Below, in pieces: positions 1-8,991 of a stretch of DNA of 54,850 nucleotides. The position numbers and the translations under genes are program-made. Positions within the stretch are counted from its first letter, which is position 1; every line of letters starts with the position of its first letter. The notes under the pieces are model-generated. The model did no database searches. It saw only the letters and a program-made list of their open reading frames with translations, and was not told the DNA's origin. The stretch is taken from positions 1-54,850 of the forward strand of contig CALQKL020000001.1 in the NCBI GenBank assembly GCA_943331145.2. The letters are read 5' to 3'. The DNA comes from Chitinophaga pinensis (lineage in GTDB: Bacteria > Bacteroidota > Bacteroidia > Chitinophagales > Chitinophagaceae).

Positions 1-504
1 ACATTCGGGTGCTACATCAAATAAATATTCTACATCATAAAATGCCTGAATTAATGCACTCAATACACCATAAACTTTAGAGCCAGGTGCAGAAGCTGCG
101 CGTTGAGCCACTTCTTTTTGAAACATGCCTATTACAACAGGAACCTGGTCTTTCCAGTCTATGATTTTAAACAAGATTTGAGTAGAAATATTATAAGGGA
201 AGTTTCCAATAACAGTAAAAGGTTCTTCAAATGGGATTGCCGTTTCCAAAAAATCAGCAGCAATTATTTTATCAGATAAAACAGGGTATTTGTTTTTTAA
301 GTAAGCGATTTTCTCGTCATCTAATTCAACCGCTTTGAAATTGATGCCCTCTAATTTAATTAAATACTGCGTTAAAGCACCCGCTCCCGGACCAACCTCT
401 AACAAGTTTGTAAAAGGATGCGTTGCTAAAGCCGCCATTATTTTCTCTAAAGTTGGGGTGTCCTTTAAAAAATGCTGTCCCAGTGATTTTTTTATCGTGT
501 ACAT
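1..504 (-). CDS. rsmA: 16S rRNA adenine dimethyltransferase RsmA/KsgA (3' end runs off window start)
   Basis: Manual translation from ATG at 504: MYTIKKSLGQHFL...LEVGPGAGALT...IGNFPYNIS...MFQKEVA, the classic KsgA motifs. Absent from the ORF track because it is truncated. Confidence 0.95.
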   Translation of the reverse strand, partial: MYTIKKSLGQHFLKDTPTLEKIMAALATHPFTNLLEVGPGAGALTQYLIKLEGINFKAVELDDEKIAYLKNKYPVLSDKIIAADFLETAIPFEEPFTVIGNFPYNISTQILFKIIDWKDQVPVVIGMFQKEVAQRAASAPGSKVYGVLSALIQAFYDVEYLFDVAPEC

Positions 505-509
505 CAGGG

Positions 510-517
510 CAAAGATA
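510..517 (-). promoter_or_regulatory. Bacteroidota -7 promoter element TATCTTTG, 5 nt before the rsmA ATG
   Basis: Exact match to TAnnTTTG followed by CCCTG-ATG. Confidence 0.65.
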
Positions 518-520
518 AAG

Positions 521-680
521 GTTTAAAACGCTACGCTGGTTTAATGATTAAATGTTTAAAACGCTCCGCTGGTTTATTAGTTTAATGGTTTAATGGTTGG
601 AAGTATGTTCCAAACCCTAACAATAAACGCCAAATTACAAACGCCAAACACCAAACAATAAACGCCAAACAACAAACCTT
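521..680. repeat. Intergenic repeat: 23-bp direct repeat x2 plus a heptamer array
   Basis: GTTTAAAACGCT(A/C)CGCTGGTTTA at 521-543 and 554-576; 7-bp-period AAACGCC/AAACACC/AAACAAT-type units at 618-680. Confidence 0.85.
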
Positions 681-714
681 TTTTCGTATTTTTACCGCTC
701 AATTTATAAAGCGC

Positions 715-1809
715 ATGAGTGTAATAGCAGATCAAAAGCCAATTATTGGATTCAGTTGTGGTGATATCAACGGAATTGGAATCGAATTAATCATTAAAGT
801 ATTAAACGATAATCGGATACTTGACATTTGCACGCCGGTAATTTTTGGAAATAATAAAGCCATTAATTTTTACAGAAAATCATTAGCTGATGTAAACATC
901 AACTTCTCGATTATCAAAGATTCTACAAAAATAAATCCTAAGCAGGTTAACGTATTTCATGTATGGGAAGAGGATGTTGCCATTACGCCAGGAGAAATGA
1001 ACGATACCGGCGGAAAGTATGCAATTTTAAGTCTTTCGGTTGCAGCAGAAGCTTTGAAAGCTGGGAAAATTGATGGTTTGGTTACAGCACCTATTCATAA
1101 AAAAAATATTCAGTCTGACACTTTCAACTACACCGGACATACACCTTATTTACAAAAACTATTTGGGGTTCAAGATGTAGTGATGTTGATGGTTGCAGAA
1201 AATATGAAGATTGGTTTGCTTACAGAACATCTGCCTGTAAAAGATGTTGCTCAGGTAATTACCAAAGAAAAAATCCTTAGCAAACTTAATCTCATCAATC
1301 AATCGTTGAAAAGAGATTTTAATATCGTAAAACCTAAAATTGCCATATTGGGTTTAAATCCACATGCTGGCGATGAAGGGTTAATCGGTAAAGAAGAAAT
1401 TGAAATTATAAAACCCGCTATTCAATTGGCTAAAACAAAAGATATTTTCTGCTTTGGTCCTTATAGCGCAGATGCATTTTTCGCAAGAGGTCAGTATGAA
1501 AAATTTGATGCTGTACTTGCACTTTATCACGATCAAGGTTTGATTCCATTTAAATCACTTTCTTTGGGAGAAGGTGTAAACTTTACAGCTGGCTTAGCTG
1601 GTGTAAGAACTTCTCCAGACCATGGAACTGCTTTTGATATTGCAGGTAAAGGCATTGCAGACGAAACATCTATGCGCCAAGCACTATTTAGTTGCATCGA
1701 CATCATTCACAGTAGAAGAGAATACGACACACAACGTGCTAATCCTTTGAGAAAATTGAGTAAGAATGTTTTGGCTAATGCTGTGGATGAGAAAATCTTA
1801 GAAGATTAA
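715..1809 (+). CDS. pdxA: 4-hydroxythreonine-4-phosphate dehydrogenase PdxA
   Basis: GDINGIG, TAPIHK, GHT, GLNPHAG, YHDQG and RTSPDHGTA motifs; adjacent to rsmA. Confidence 0.95.
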   Translation: MSVIADQKPIIGFSCGDINGIGIELIIKVLNDNRILDICTPVIFGNNKAINFYRKSLADVNINFSIIKDSTKINPKQVNVFHVWEEDVAITPGEMNDTGGKYAILSLSVAAEALKAGKIDGLVTAPIHKKNIQSDTFNYTGHTPYLQKLFGVQDVVMLMVAENMKIGLLTEHLPVKDVAQVITKEKILSKLNLINQSLKRDFNIVKPKIAILGLNPHAGDEGLIGKEEIEIIKPAIQLAKTKDIFCFGPYSADAFFARGQYEKFDAVLALYHDQGLIPFKSLSLGEGVNFTAGLAGVRTSPDHGTAFDIAGKGIADETSMRQALFSCIDIIHSRREYDTQRANPLRKLSKNVLANAVDEKILED

Positions 1810-1822
1810 TTACAGCTCTTTT

Positions 1823-2521
1823 TTAATTAAATAAAACATCCGCAATTCCTTTGTTGATGATGTAACTGCTAATGGTTATTTCTGCCTGTCCTTTTTTGTT
1901 TTTCATATCAGTGGATACTTTTTTAGTTTCTGCTCCATCATCAAAATCAAACGTAATTCCTTTAGGCAATTTGTAATCTTTGGTATTAAAAGAGAAAAGG
2001 ATTCTGTCTGGCAATCCGTATTTTAAATAATTCTTGTACACCATTTCAAGTTCATACGTTCCACTTTCTCTTGTGGTGGTTTTACTTTTTACAATAACCA
2101 AATTAATGGGGTCGATATAAAGCGTAGAAAGAACGATGTCGCTATTATCGTCATTAGGAAGCAGCCTTGCTACTCTTACTGTATTGTTTCCAATTTTTTC
2201 AGTGCCTGCATCTATAATGGTATAATTATTTTCTGCAAATAAGTTATTCATGTTTAAACTCATCGCACCTTTTGGAACAAATGAAACGCCTTTTTCACTT
2301 TTTAATTTGAGTTTGTTTGGACGCTTAAAATACATTTTTACATTGGCAACTGGGATTTTAAGAAACGCAACATTTGTTTTCATTTTTCCAGATGCTTCAT
2401 AATCTGAAACCAATTCGATTTTCTTTTTTACTTGAGATACAATTTGCTTAATATCTTGAGCCGCAACACATACAGGAATTATTATTGTGAGCATTAAAGT
2501 TGAAATCAATGTTTTAATCAT
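1823..2521 (-). CDS. Exported LolA-like (outer-membrane lipoprotein carrier/sorting fold) protein
   Basis: Signal peptide; MYFKRPNKLKL and LYIDPINLVIVK segments typical of LolA-fold proteins; last gene of the ABC operon. Confidence 0.55.
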   Translation of the reverse strand: MIKTLISTLMLTIIIPVCVAAQDIKQIVSQVKKKIELVSDYEASGKMKTNVAFLKIPVANVKMYFKRPNKLKLKSEKGVSFVPKGAMSLNMNNLFAENNYTIIDAGTEKIGNNTVRVARLLPNDDNSDIVLSTLYIDPINLVIVKSKTTTRESGTYELEMVYKNYLKYGLPDRILFSFNTKDYKLPKGITFDFDDGAETKKVSTDMKNKKGQAEITISSYIINKGIADVLFN

Positions 2522-2533
2522 CGGTAATTTTTT

Positions 2534-3427
2534 TTAAGATAAAATGTCTTTTTTTCTAAAAGCAGCAATGGCAATGCCTAAAAACAAAGCAATATGTGCC
2601 AATAATATACTTAAGCTTTTTCTGATGGCGCCCCAATTTTCAATACTGCCTTTTATGGGTTGCCCATCATCATTAATGCCAATGTAAAAAAATCCTTTCC
2701 ACCCTACTAAATAAGAAGTGAATAAATATGGTTTTACATTTTTATCAATTATAGGCACATTTAAATTAGAAACGATGGTAAAGAAAATTACGATACAAAC
2801 GGTGGCAACTATTGGCCCGATTGAATTTTCTGCAAAAACAGAAAGTAAAATAGAAAGCGCTGCAATCACCGTAAGTGCAATGGCTGCATAACCAAAAGCG
2901 GCAAAATATCTCCATAAGATATCGTCTTTGGTGATTTGTAAAATTTGCGACTCTTCACCTTTTGCCCTGAAAATGAGCATATCGTCCACGCCGAAAATGG
3001 CCATACTCAAAAAAAGCGCAATCATTGCCATCCAAATTAACAATACAACCGTAAAAATAAATGAGGCAAAAAATTTAACCAACAACAATTGTGTGCGACT
3101 TATGGGTTTGGTCAACAATAACCTTAAAGTCCCCATGTTCGCTTCTCCAGAAATGGCATCACCTGCAATTAATGCGACTAATATTGGAACCTGAACGAGC
3201 AATGTGTTTAATATAATATAACACATGAAATATCCATTGATGGCTTTTGATTTGTCTAACTCAAAATTATCCTGAATATTTTGCATCATTAAATTCATAT
3301 AACTTTCTCCATCTGCTTTAAATGCAAATTGAAATATAAGTACAATGGCTGCAATGGCTGCAAATGCAATATAGGTACGCGGACGCTTGGAAATTTTAAA
3401 CAATTCTATTTGAAGCAGATGCCACAT
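2534..3427 (-). CDS. ABC-2 type transporter permease
   Basis: Multiple TM helices; ISGEANMGTLRLLLTKPISRTQLLLVKF ABC-2 motif. Confidence 0.9.
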   Translation of the reverse strand: MWHLLQIELFKISKRPRTYIAFAAIAAIVLIFQFAFKADGESYMNLMMQNIQDNFELDKSKAINGYFMCYIILNTLLVQVPILVALIAGDAISGEANMGTLRLLLTKPISRTQLLLVKFFASFIFTVVLLIWMAMIALFLSMAIFGVDDMLIFRAKGEESQILQITKDDILWRYFAAFGYAAIALTVIAALSILLSVFAENSIGPIVATVCIVIFFTIVSNLNVPIIDKNVKPYLFTSYLVGWKGFFYIGINDDGQPIKGSIENWGAIRKSLSILLAHIALFLGIAIAAFRKKDILS

Positions 3428-3428
3428 A

Positions 3429-4337
3429 TTATGCTGTTTTTGTTAAGTTCAAAAAATAATCTTCTAGCGAATGCCTTGGTGTAACTGCAATAATTTGAAC
3501 ATTTGATTCCACCATAATTTTTATTAATGTAGAAATTTCAGTTTTGTTCATAGTCAAATGAAGTTTATCGTTGTTGTCAACAATCATTGGTGCAAATGCC
3601 GAATTTTTTAAAACAGACTTTGCAAATTCATTATCTGTTGTTTCAATTTCAACCAATGTTTTTGATGGGTCGAGCAAATCCTTTACAAAACCTTCTACAA
3701 TTTTTTTTCCTTTGTGAATTACAATCATTCTGTTTGCAATCAATTCTATTTCACTTAGAAGATGAGAAGAAACAACAACCGTTTTTCCCATTTCGGTGCT
3801 TAGTTTTAAAATTAAATTTCTAATGTCTGCAATTCCTAGAGGATCTAAACCATTTGTAGGTTCATCTAATATAATCAAATCAGGATTGTGCACCAATGCA
3901 ATGCCTATCCCCAACCTTTGTTTCATCCCTTGACTATAAGTTTTTACCTTACTCTCACTTCTATCTGCAAGCCCAACCATATCAAGTTGATCCATCAATA
4001 ATTTATGCGTAACATGCACGTTGCTCATTTTGGCAAACAATTTTAAATTTTCGTAAGCCGTTAAGTATTTGTATAAATCAGGGCGTTCAATAACAGCGCC
4101 AATTTTCGACAATATTTCGTGTCTGTTTTCATGAAGTAATTTGCCAAATATTTTTATCTCACCTGATGTAGGTTCAATCAAAGTAAGCATCATTCTGATG
4201 GTTGTAGATTTGCCAGCACCATTTTGTCCTAAAAAACCATATACATCGCCACTATTTACGGAGAATGATAAATCATCCACAGCAGTTATATCTTTGTATT
4301 TTTTTGAGAGATGATTTATTTCAAGAATTGTATTCAT
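3429..4337 (-). CDS. ABC transporter ATP-binding protein (BcrA-like)
   Basis: Walker A GQNGAGKST, signature YSQGMKQR, Walker B IILDEP. Confidence 0.95.
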   Translation of the reverse strand: MNTILEINHLSKKYKDITAVDDLSFSVNSGDVYGFLGQNGAGKSTTIRMMLTLIEPTSGEIKIFGKLLHENRHEILSKIGAVIERPDLYKYLTAYENLKLFAKMSNVHVTHKLLMDQLDMVGLADRSESKVKTYSQGMKQRLGIGIALVHNPDLIILDEPTNGLDPLGIADIRNLILKLSTEMGKTVVVSSHLLSEIELIANRMIVIHKGKKIVEGFVKDLLDPSKTLVEIETTDNEFAKSVLKNSAFAPMIVDNNDKLHLTMNKTEISTLIKIMVESNVQIIAVTPRHSLEDYFLNLTKTA

Positions 4338-4411
4338 AAAAAGTTATAACACCACAAAAGCAATAAAGTTTTATTTAAACGGGTTTGCTCTTAAGATTTG
4401 ATTCGAAAAAA

Positions 4412-4744
4412 TTAGGGTTGTTTTGGTTTTGGTTCTGCATTTTCAATTGTTGTTATTAAAACTGAATTGGTAAACTGATTCATGTTTGTAACAAAATCTT
4501 CAAACGCAATAATTCCTTTGGGCGTAATTCTACAAATGGTCTGCGGATAATTTCCTTTGAATTTTTTTTCAATTTCCAAGAAACCAACTTTTTTCAATTT
4601 TTGGATTTGAGTACTCAAATTTCCAGCAGTTAATTTTAAGCTTTCTTTTAGTTGAGTAAATTCAAGCTCATTTGATTTGTATAAAAAACCAATAATGGAA
4701 AGTCTAGACTGAGAAAGAAATAATGGTTCAAGATTTTTATTCAT
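4412..4744 (-). CDS. Winged-helix transcriptional regulator (ArsR/MarR-like, HTH_34 type)
   Basis: RLSIIGFL...EFTQLKESLKLTAGNLSTQIQKL...ITPKG pattern. Confidence 0.85.
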   Translation of the reverse strand: MNKNLEPLFLSQSRLSIIGFLYKSNELEFTQLKESLKLTAGNLSTQIQKLKKVGFLEIEKKFKGNYPQTICRITPKGIIAFEDFVTNMNQFTNSVLITTIENAEPKPKQP

Positions 4745-5160
4745 GGTTATTAAAATAAATGCTTCAACAATTTTTTTATCTACATCAATTGGGTTTTAAA
4801 TTTTCAAACGGTTTTAAAACTCCAGGAAATCCCATTTGTAAAAATCCACATATGTCAAATCCGCAGTATTGATGTTATTATTCCAACAATTTCCCTTTAA
4901 AATGGCTTTGTTTTTTTAAAAAAAGTGAAATAATGGTTTGTTTTTAAAATAAACGTGCTAAATATGTCTAAAAATGCAAAATTAATTTTTATTCAAATTG
5001 TAAATTAGTTTGCAATATAAACTAAATTAATTTTTCTATTAAAATGTAAAATAAATTTTTATGAAATGGGTTTATTTTTTTTATTTGAGTATTAATGTGT
5101 TGATAATTATTATTTTATCAATATTTTATTTTATAATGTTTAAATTATTGCTGCATAAAC

Positions 5161-5169
5161 TTATTCACA
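5161..5169 (+). promoter_or_regulatory. DnaA box (TTATTCACA)
   Basis: Matches TTWTNCACA; near-match TGTTGATAA at 5098-5106. Confidence 0.4.
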
Positions 5170-5219
5170 TTTTTAAAAAAAGATTTTTTTTTGCAGGGGC
5201 AATTTGTAATTTAGCAATA

Positions 5220-5276
5220 GAATTTAATGGGTTAGTAAGTATTAGGGTTAGCAGAAATGCTGACCCTTTTACTTTT
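5220..5276 (+). ncRNA. Candidate ~55-nt small RNA with GU-rich seed and intrinsic terminator
   Basis: -7-like TAATTTAG at 5207-5214; seed GAATTTAATGGGTTAGTAAGTA; hairpin AGGGTTAGCA-GAAA-TGCTGACCCT (5244-5267) then TTTACTTTT; no credible upstream + strand gene to terminate. The 5' end is inferred. Confidence 0.6.
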
Positions 5277-5364
5277 ATAGAATTTTCTTTTTTCTGCGCG
5301 TTCTTTTTTTATTAAAATAAATTCAGTTTTTTTTCTTTAGCAATTTTGCATTTACATTTACCGC

Positions 5365-6738
5365 ATGAGTAAAACTAAATCATCTTTTTTTTGTCAGCAA
5401 TGTGGTTATGAAAGTGCAAAGTGGTTGGGCAAATGTCCATCATGTACACAATGGAATACTTTTGTTGAGGAAGTTATTGTTAAGGGAACAGAAAAAAATA
5501 ATAAAGACGAGTGGAAAGAATATAATGGTATTTCAAAATTAAAAACGATTGCCATTAATGATGTTGTAAGTGCCGAAGAAAAAAGAATCATTACATCTGA
5601 TCCAGAATTAAATCGTGTCCTTGGTGGTGGTATAGTGCTAGGAAGCATCGTACTTGTTGCAGGCGAACCTGGAATTGGTAAATCAACTTTATTTTTGCAA
5701 AATGGTTTGCAAATAAAAAACATAACCACACTTTATATTAGTGGTGAAGAAAGTGAGCAGCAAATTAAAATGCGCGCAGATCGTGTTGGCATTTCAAATG
5801 ATCAATTTTATTTGTTGACAGAAACGGATACACAAAGTATTTTTAAAGAGATAAAAAAATTAAAGCCACAATTAATCATTGTTGACTCCATTCAAACATT
5901 ACAATCTCCATTTGTAGAATCATCACCTGGTAGCATTAGTCAGATTCGAGAATGCGCTGCCGAATTTCAACGATTTGCCAAAGAAACCAATACGCCTGTT
6001 TTTTTAATTGGACACATCACAAAGGATGGTAATATTGCTGGTCCAAAAATTTTAGAACATATGGTGGATACCGTTCTTCAATTTGAAGGCGATCGACATT
6101 ATGCATATCGCATTCTTCGAACCTTAAAAAATAGATTTGGTTCTACTGCCGAATTGGGTATTTATGAAATGACGGGTCAAGGTATGCGCGCAGTAAGCAA
6201 CCCAAGTGAAATTTTAATTACCAATAAAGAAGATCAATTGAGTGGTATTGCCATTGCAGCCACTATTGAAGGTATGCGTCCAATGCTAATAGAAGCACAA
6301 GCGCTTGTTACCCAAAGTGTTTATGGTACTCCTCAAAGAACAGTAAGCGGTTTTGATTTGAGAAGACTTCAATTGTTATTGGCTGTTTTAGAAAAAAGAG
6401 GCGGTTTTCATTTCGGGGTTAAAGATGTGTTTATAAATATTGCTGGCGGCATAAAAGCAGAAGATCCTTCAATCGATTTAGCCATTATTTCTGCATTATT
6501 GAGTAGTTATGAAGATGTGGCTTTACCTCAACATATTTGTTTTGCAGGAGAAGTCGGACTTAGCGGAGAAATAAGAGCAGTAAATAGAGTTGAACAAAGA
6601 ATTGCCGAAGCGGAGAAATTAGGTTTTGAGAAAATAGTTGTCAGCAAATACAACGCAAAATCGCTAGATAAACTTAAGTCTAAAATAGAAATCATTGCCC
6701 TCGGAAAAGTTGAAGAATTATATCAGTTGTTGTTTTAA
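5365..6738 (+). CDS. radA: DNA repair protein RadA/Sms
   Basis: CxxC-CxxC zinc finger, GEPGIGKST, KNRFG motif, Lon-like C-terminus. Confidence 0.98.
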   Translation: MSKTKSSFFCQQCGYESAKWLGKCPSCTQWNTFVEEVIVKGTEKNNKDEWKEYNGISKLKTIAINDVVSAEEKRIITSDPELNRVLGGGIVLGSIVLVAGEPGIGKSTLFLQNGLQIKNITTLYISGEESEQQIKMRADRVGISNDQFYLLTETDTQSIFKEIKKLKPQLIIVDSIQTLQSPFVESSPGSISQIRECAAEFQRFAKETNTPVFLIGHITKDGNIAGPKILEHMVDTVLQFEGDRHYAYRILRTLKNRFGSTAELGIYEMTGQGMRAVSNPSEILITNKEDQLSGIAIAATIEGMRPMLIEAQALVTQSVYGTPQRTVSGFDLRRLQLLLAVLEKRGGFHFGVKDVFINIAGGIKAEDPSIDLAIISALLSSYEDVALPQHICFAGEVGLSGEIRAVNRVEQRIAEAEKLGFEKIVVSKYNAKSLDKLKSKIEIIALGKVEELYQLLF

Positions 6739-6747
6739 TTCTTTTCT

Positions 6748-7449
6748 ATGAAACCCCTATCCAATATTTTAGAAGATGCGTTACAGCTTTTTTATCCGCA
6801 TGTTTGCGCTGGTTGCGGAGATGATTTGCACGGTAAACTTCAACTGATTTGTTTTAATTGTATGCAACAATTGCCCCATACTGATTTTGCCAAAATACCA
6901 GATAATCAAATCGAACATATATTTTATGGAAGGGCAAAAATACAATCCGCCTGTAGTATTTTTTATTTTTCAAAAGGACAAATTATACAGCAACTGATTC
7001 ATCAATTAAAATATAAAGGCAATCAAGAAATTGGAATTTATTTGGGGAAATTAATGGGCGGTCAACTTTTAAATAGTGGGCGTTTCAAAAATATTGATGC
7101 AATCATTCCATTGCCCATGCATCCAGATAAACAAAGAAAAAGAGGGTATAACCAAGCTGAAATTTTAGCAAAAGGCATATCTCAAAAAATAAATGTCCCA
7201 TTATTAAATGACATAGTTGTTCGTTCAAAAACCACAACCACACAAACAAATAAACAGCGTGTAGAAAGATGGACGAATGTAGATGGAACATTTATAATCC
7301 AAAAACAATCAAGGATTATTGGTAAAAATATTTTGTTGGTTGATGATGTAATAACTACAGGAGCTACTTTGGAAGCTTGTAGCAATGCCATTTTATCTAT
7401 TGAAAATACTTCGTTAAGTATTGCTGTTTTAGCGCACGCAAGTGATTAA
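6748..7449 (+). CDS. comF: ComF family phosphoribosyltransferase
   Basis: CAGC...CFNC, RGYNQA, LLVDDVITTGAT. Confidence 0.9.
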   Translation: MKPLSNILEDALQLFYPHVCAGCGDDLHGKLQLICFNCMQQLPHTDFAKIPDNQIEHIFYGRAKIQSACSIFYFSKGQIIQQLIHQLKYKGNQEIGIYLGKLMGGQLLNSGRFKNIDAIIPLPMHPDKQRKRGYNQAEILAKGISQKINVPLLNDIVVRSKTTTTQTNKQRVERWTNVDGTFIIQKQSRIIGKNILLVDDVITTGATLEACSNAILSIENTSLSIAVLAHASD

Positions 7450-7525
7450 GGATTCTTTACATTCTTTAATCATTAAAACTATATTTGTAATGTCACTCAA
7501 CTATCAATAGTAATTAAGTTAACAC

Positions 7526-8938
7526 ATGAAACGAAAATTATGTTTACTGTTTCCACTTGGATTTTGCTTCATTTTTTTTATAACATCTTGCAATAAAGAA
7601 AACTTCATTACCTCATCTGATGCAAGTTTATTTGTTTCATCCGACAGCATTAAATTCGATACGGTTTTTACATCAATTGGTTCAATTACAAAATCGTTTA
7701 AAATCATAAATCAAAACAATCAGAAACTGCTTTTGACTGAAATAAAATTAATGGACGGACCACAATCTGCATATAGAATAAATATTAATGGTTCATATGC
7801 AACTCAGCTAAATAATGTTGAAATTGAGGCTAACGACAGTATGTATGTTTTTGTAGCAATTACAATTAATCCTACTCAACAAAATCTCCCATTTATTATA
7901 AGCGACAGCATCAAAATAAATTATAATGGAAACGATAAATTTGTTCAATTACAAGCATACGGACAAAACGCACATTTTTTAAACAATGAAAACATTACAG
8001 GAAATGTAACATGGCAAAATGATTTGCCGTATGTAATTCTTGGTAGGTTACAAATAAATGAATCATCGAAATTAACAGTTGAATCAGGAACGAAAATATA
8101 TGTTCATGCGAATGCGCCAATCTTGGTTGATGGAACACTTATAACACAAGGTGTGAAAAATAATGAAGTGGTTTTTACAGGAGATCGACTGGATGCCGAT
8201 TATCGCGATTTACCTGCGAGTTGGCCGGGTATCATTTTTAGAACAACAAGTAAAAATAATCTGCTGAATTTTACCATAATAAAAAACGCATATCAACCTA
8301 TTGTTGCTTTAGATCCTTCCGTAAATACAAATCCTAAACTGAGTGTTCATCAATGCACCATTGATAATGCCTATGACGCCGGTATTTTTAGCAATCATTC
8401 CGATTTGCTTGTTGAAAATTCTTTGATTAGCAATTGTGGAACAGGAATTAAAATCGTTAATGGTGGAAGTTATCAGTTTGTAAATTGTACAGCAGCGGGT
8501 TATTCAAATGATTTTATGAGCCACAACAAACCTACATTGAACATTAGCAATTATATCTTTCAAAATGGAAATCCCATTTCGTCAGATTTATCTGCTCAAT
8601 TTATAAATTGTATTTTTTGGGGTGAAGGAGGTACAAACACGGATGAGATTTACATTGACAAATTGGGCAACACCTTTTTTGATGTAACGTTTGATCATTC
8701 TTTATATAAAGTTGATGTAGACCCATCAAACGTTAATTTTATTTCATCAATAAAAAATCAAGACCCGAGTTTTGATAGTGTGGATGTACAAAACAATTTT
8801 TACGATTTCAGAATAAAAAATAATCCGCTCGCACCAGGATTGGATCAAGGAATAAATACATCCTATTTAAATGATCTCGATAATCAAACAAGATTAATAG
8901 GTAATTCAACAGATATGGGTTGTTATGAAAAGCAATAA
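7526..8938 (+). CDS. Lipoprotein with Ig-like domain and right-handed beta-helix
   Basis: Lipobox FITSC; Asn/Ile-rich beta-helix repeats; C-terminal DLDNQTR...DMGCYE; -7 element TATATTTG at 7480-7487. Confidence 0.7.
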   Translation: MKRKLCLLFPLGFCFIFFITSCNKENFITSSDASLFVSSDSIKFDTVFTSIGSITKSFKIINQNNQKLLLTEIKLMDGPQSAYRININGSYATQLNNVEIEANDSMYVFVAITINPTQQNLPFIISDSIKINYNGNDKFVQLQAYGQNAHFLNNENITGNVTWQNDLPYVILGRLQINESSKLTVESGTKIYVHANAPILVDGTLITQGVKNNEVVFTGDRLDADYRDLPASWPGIIFRTTSKNNLLNFTIIKNAYQPIVALDPSVNTNPKLSVHQCTIDNAYDAGIFSNHSDLLVENSLISNCGTGIKIVNGGSYQFVNCTAAGYSNDFMSHNKPTLNISNYIFQNGNPISSDLSAQFINCIFWGEGGTNTDEIYIDKLGNTFFDVTFDHSLYKVDVDPSNVNFISSIKNQDPSFDSVDVQNNFYDFRIKNNPLAPGLDQGINTSYLNDLDNQTRLIGNSTDMGCYEKQ

Positions 8939-8991
8939 CTTTTTTTGCTGCTGAACTTTTTAATTTAATCGTTGTTAGAAATAAAAAAATT

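Noticed and set aside
521-576. Possible mini-CRISPR (23-bp direct repeat)
   Set aside because: Only two copies, a 10-bp spacer, and no cas genes.
5061-5315. 84-aa hydrophobic ORF in the AT-rich spacer
   Set aside because: The F/I/L bias follows from T-rich DNA, it has no recognisable motif, and it runs through a terminator hairpin; probably spurious.
4745-5364. oriC in the 620-bp AT-rich spacer
   Set aside because: Only one consensus DnaA box and a couple of near-matches, no typical origin gene context, and skew cannot be assessed here.
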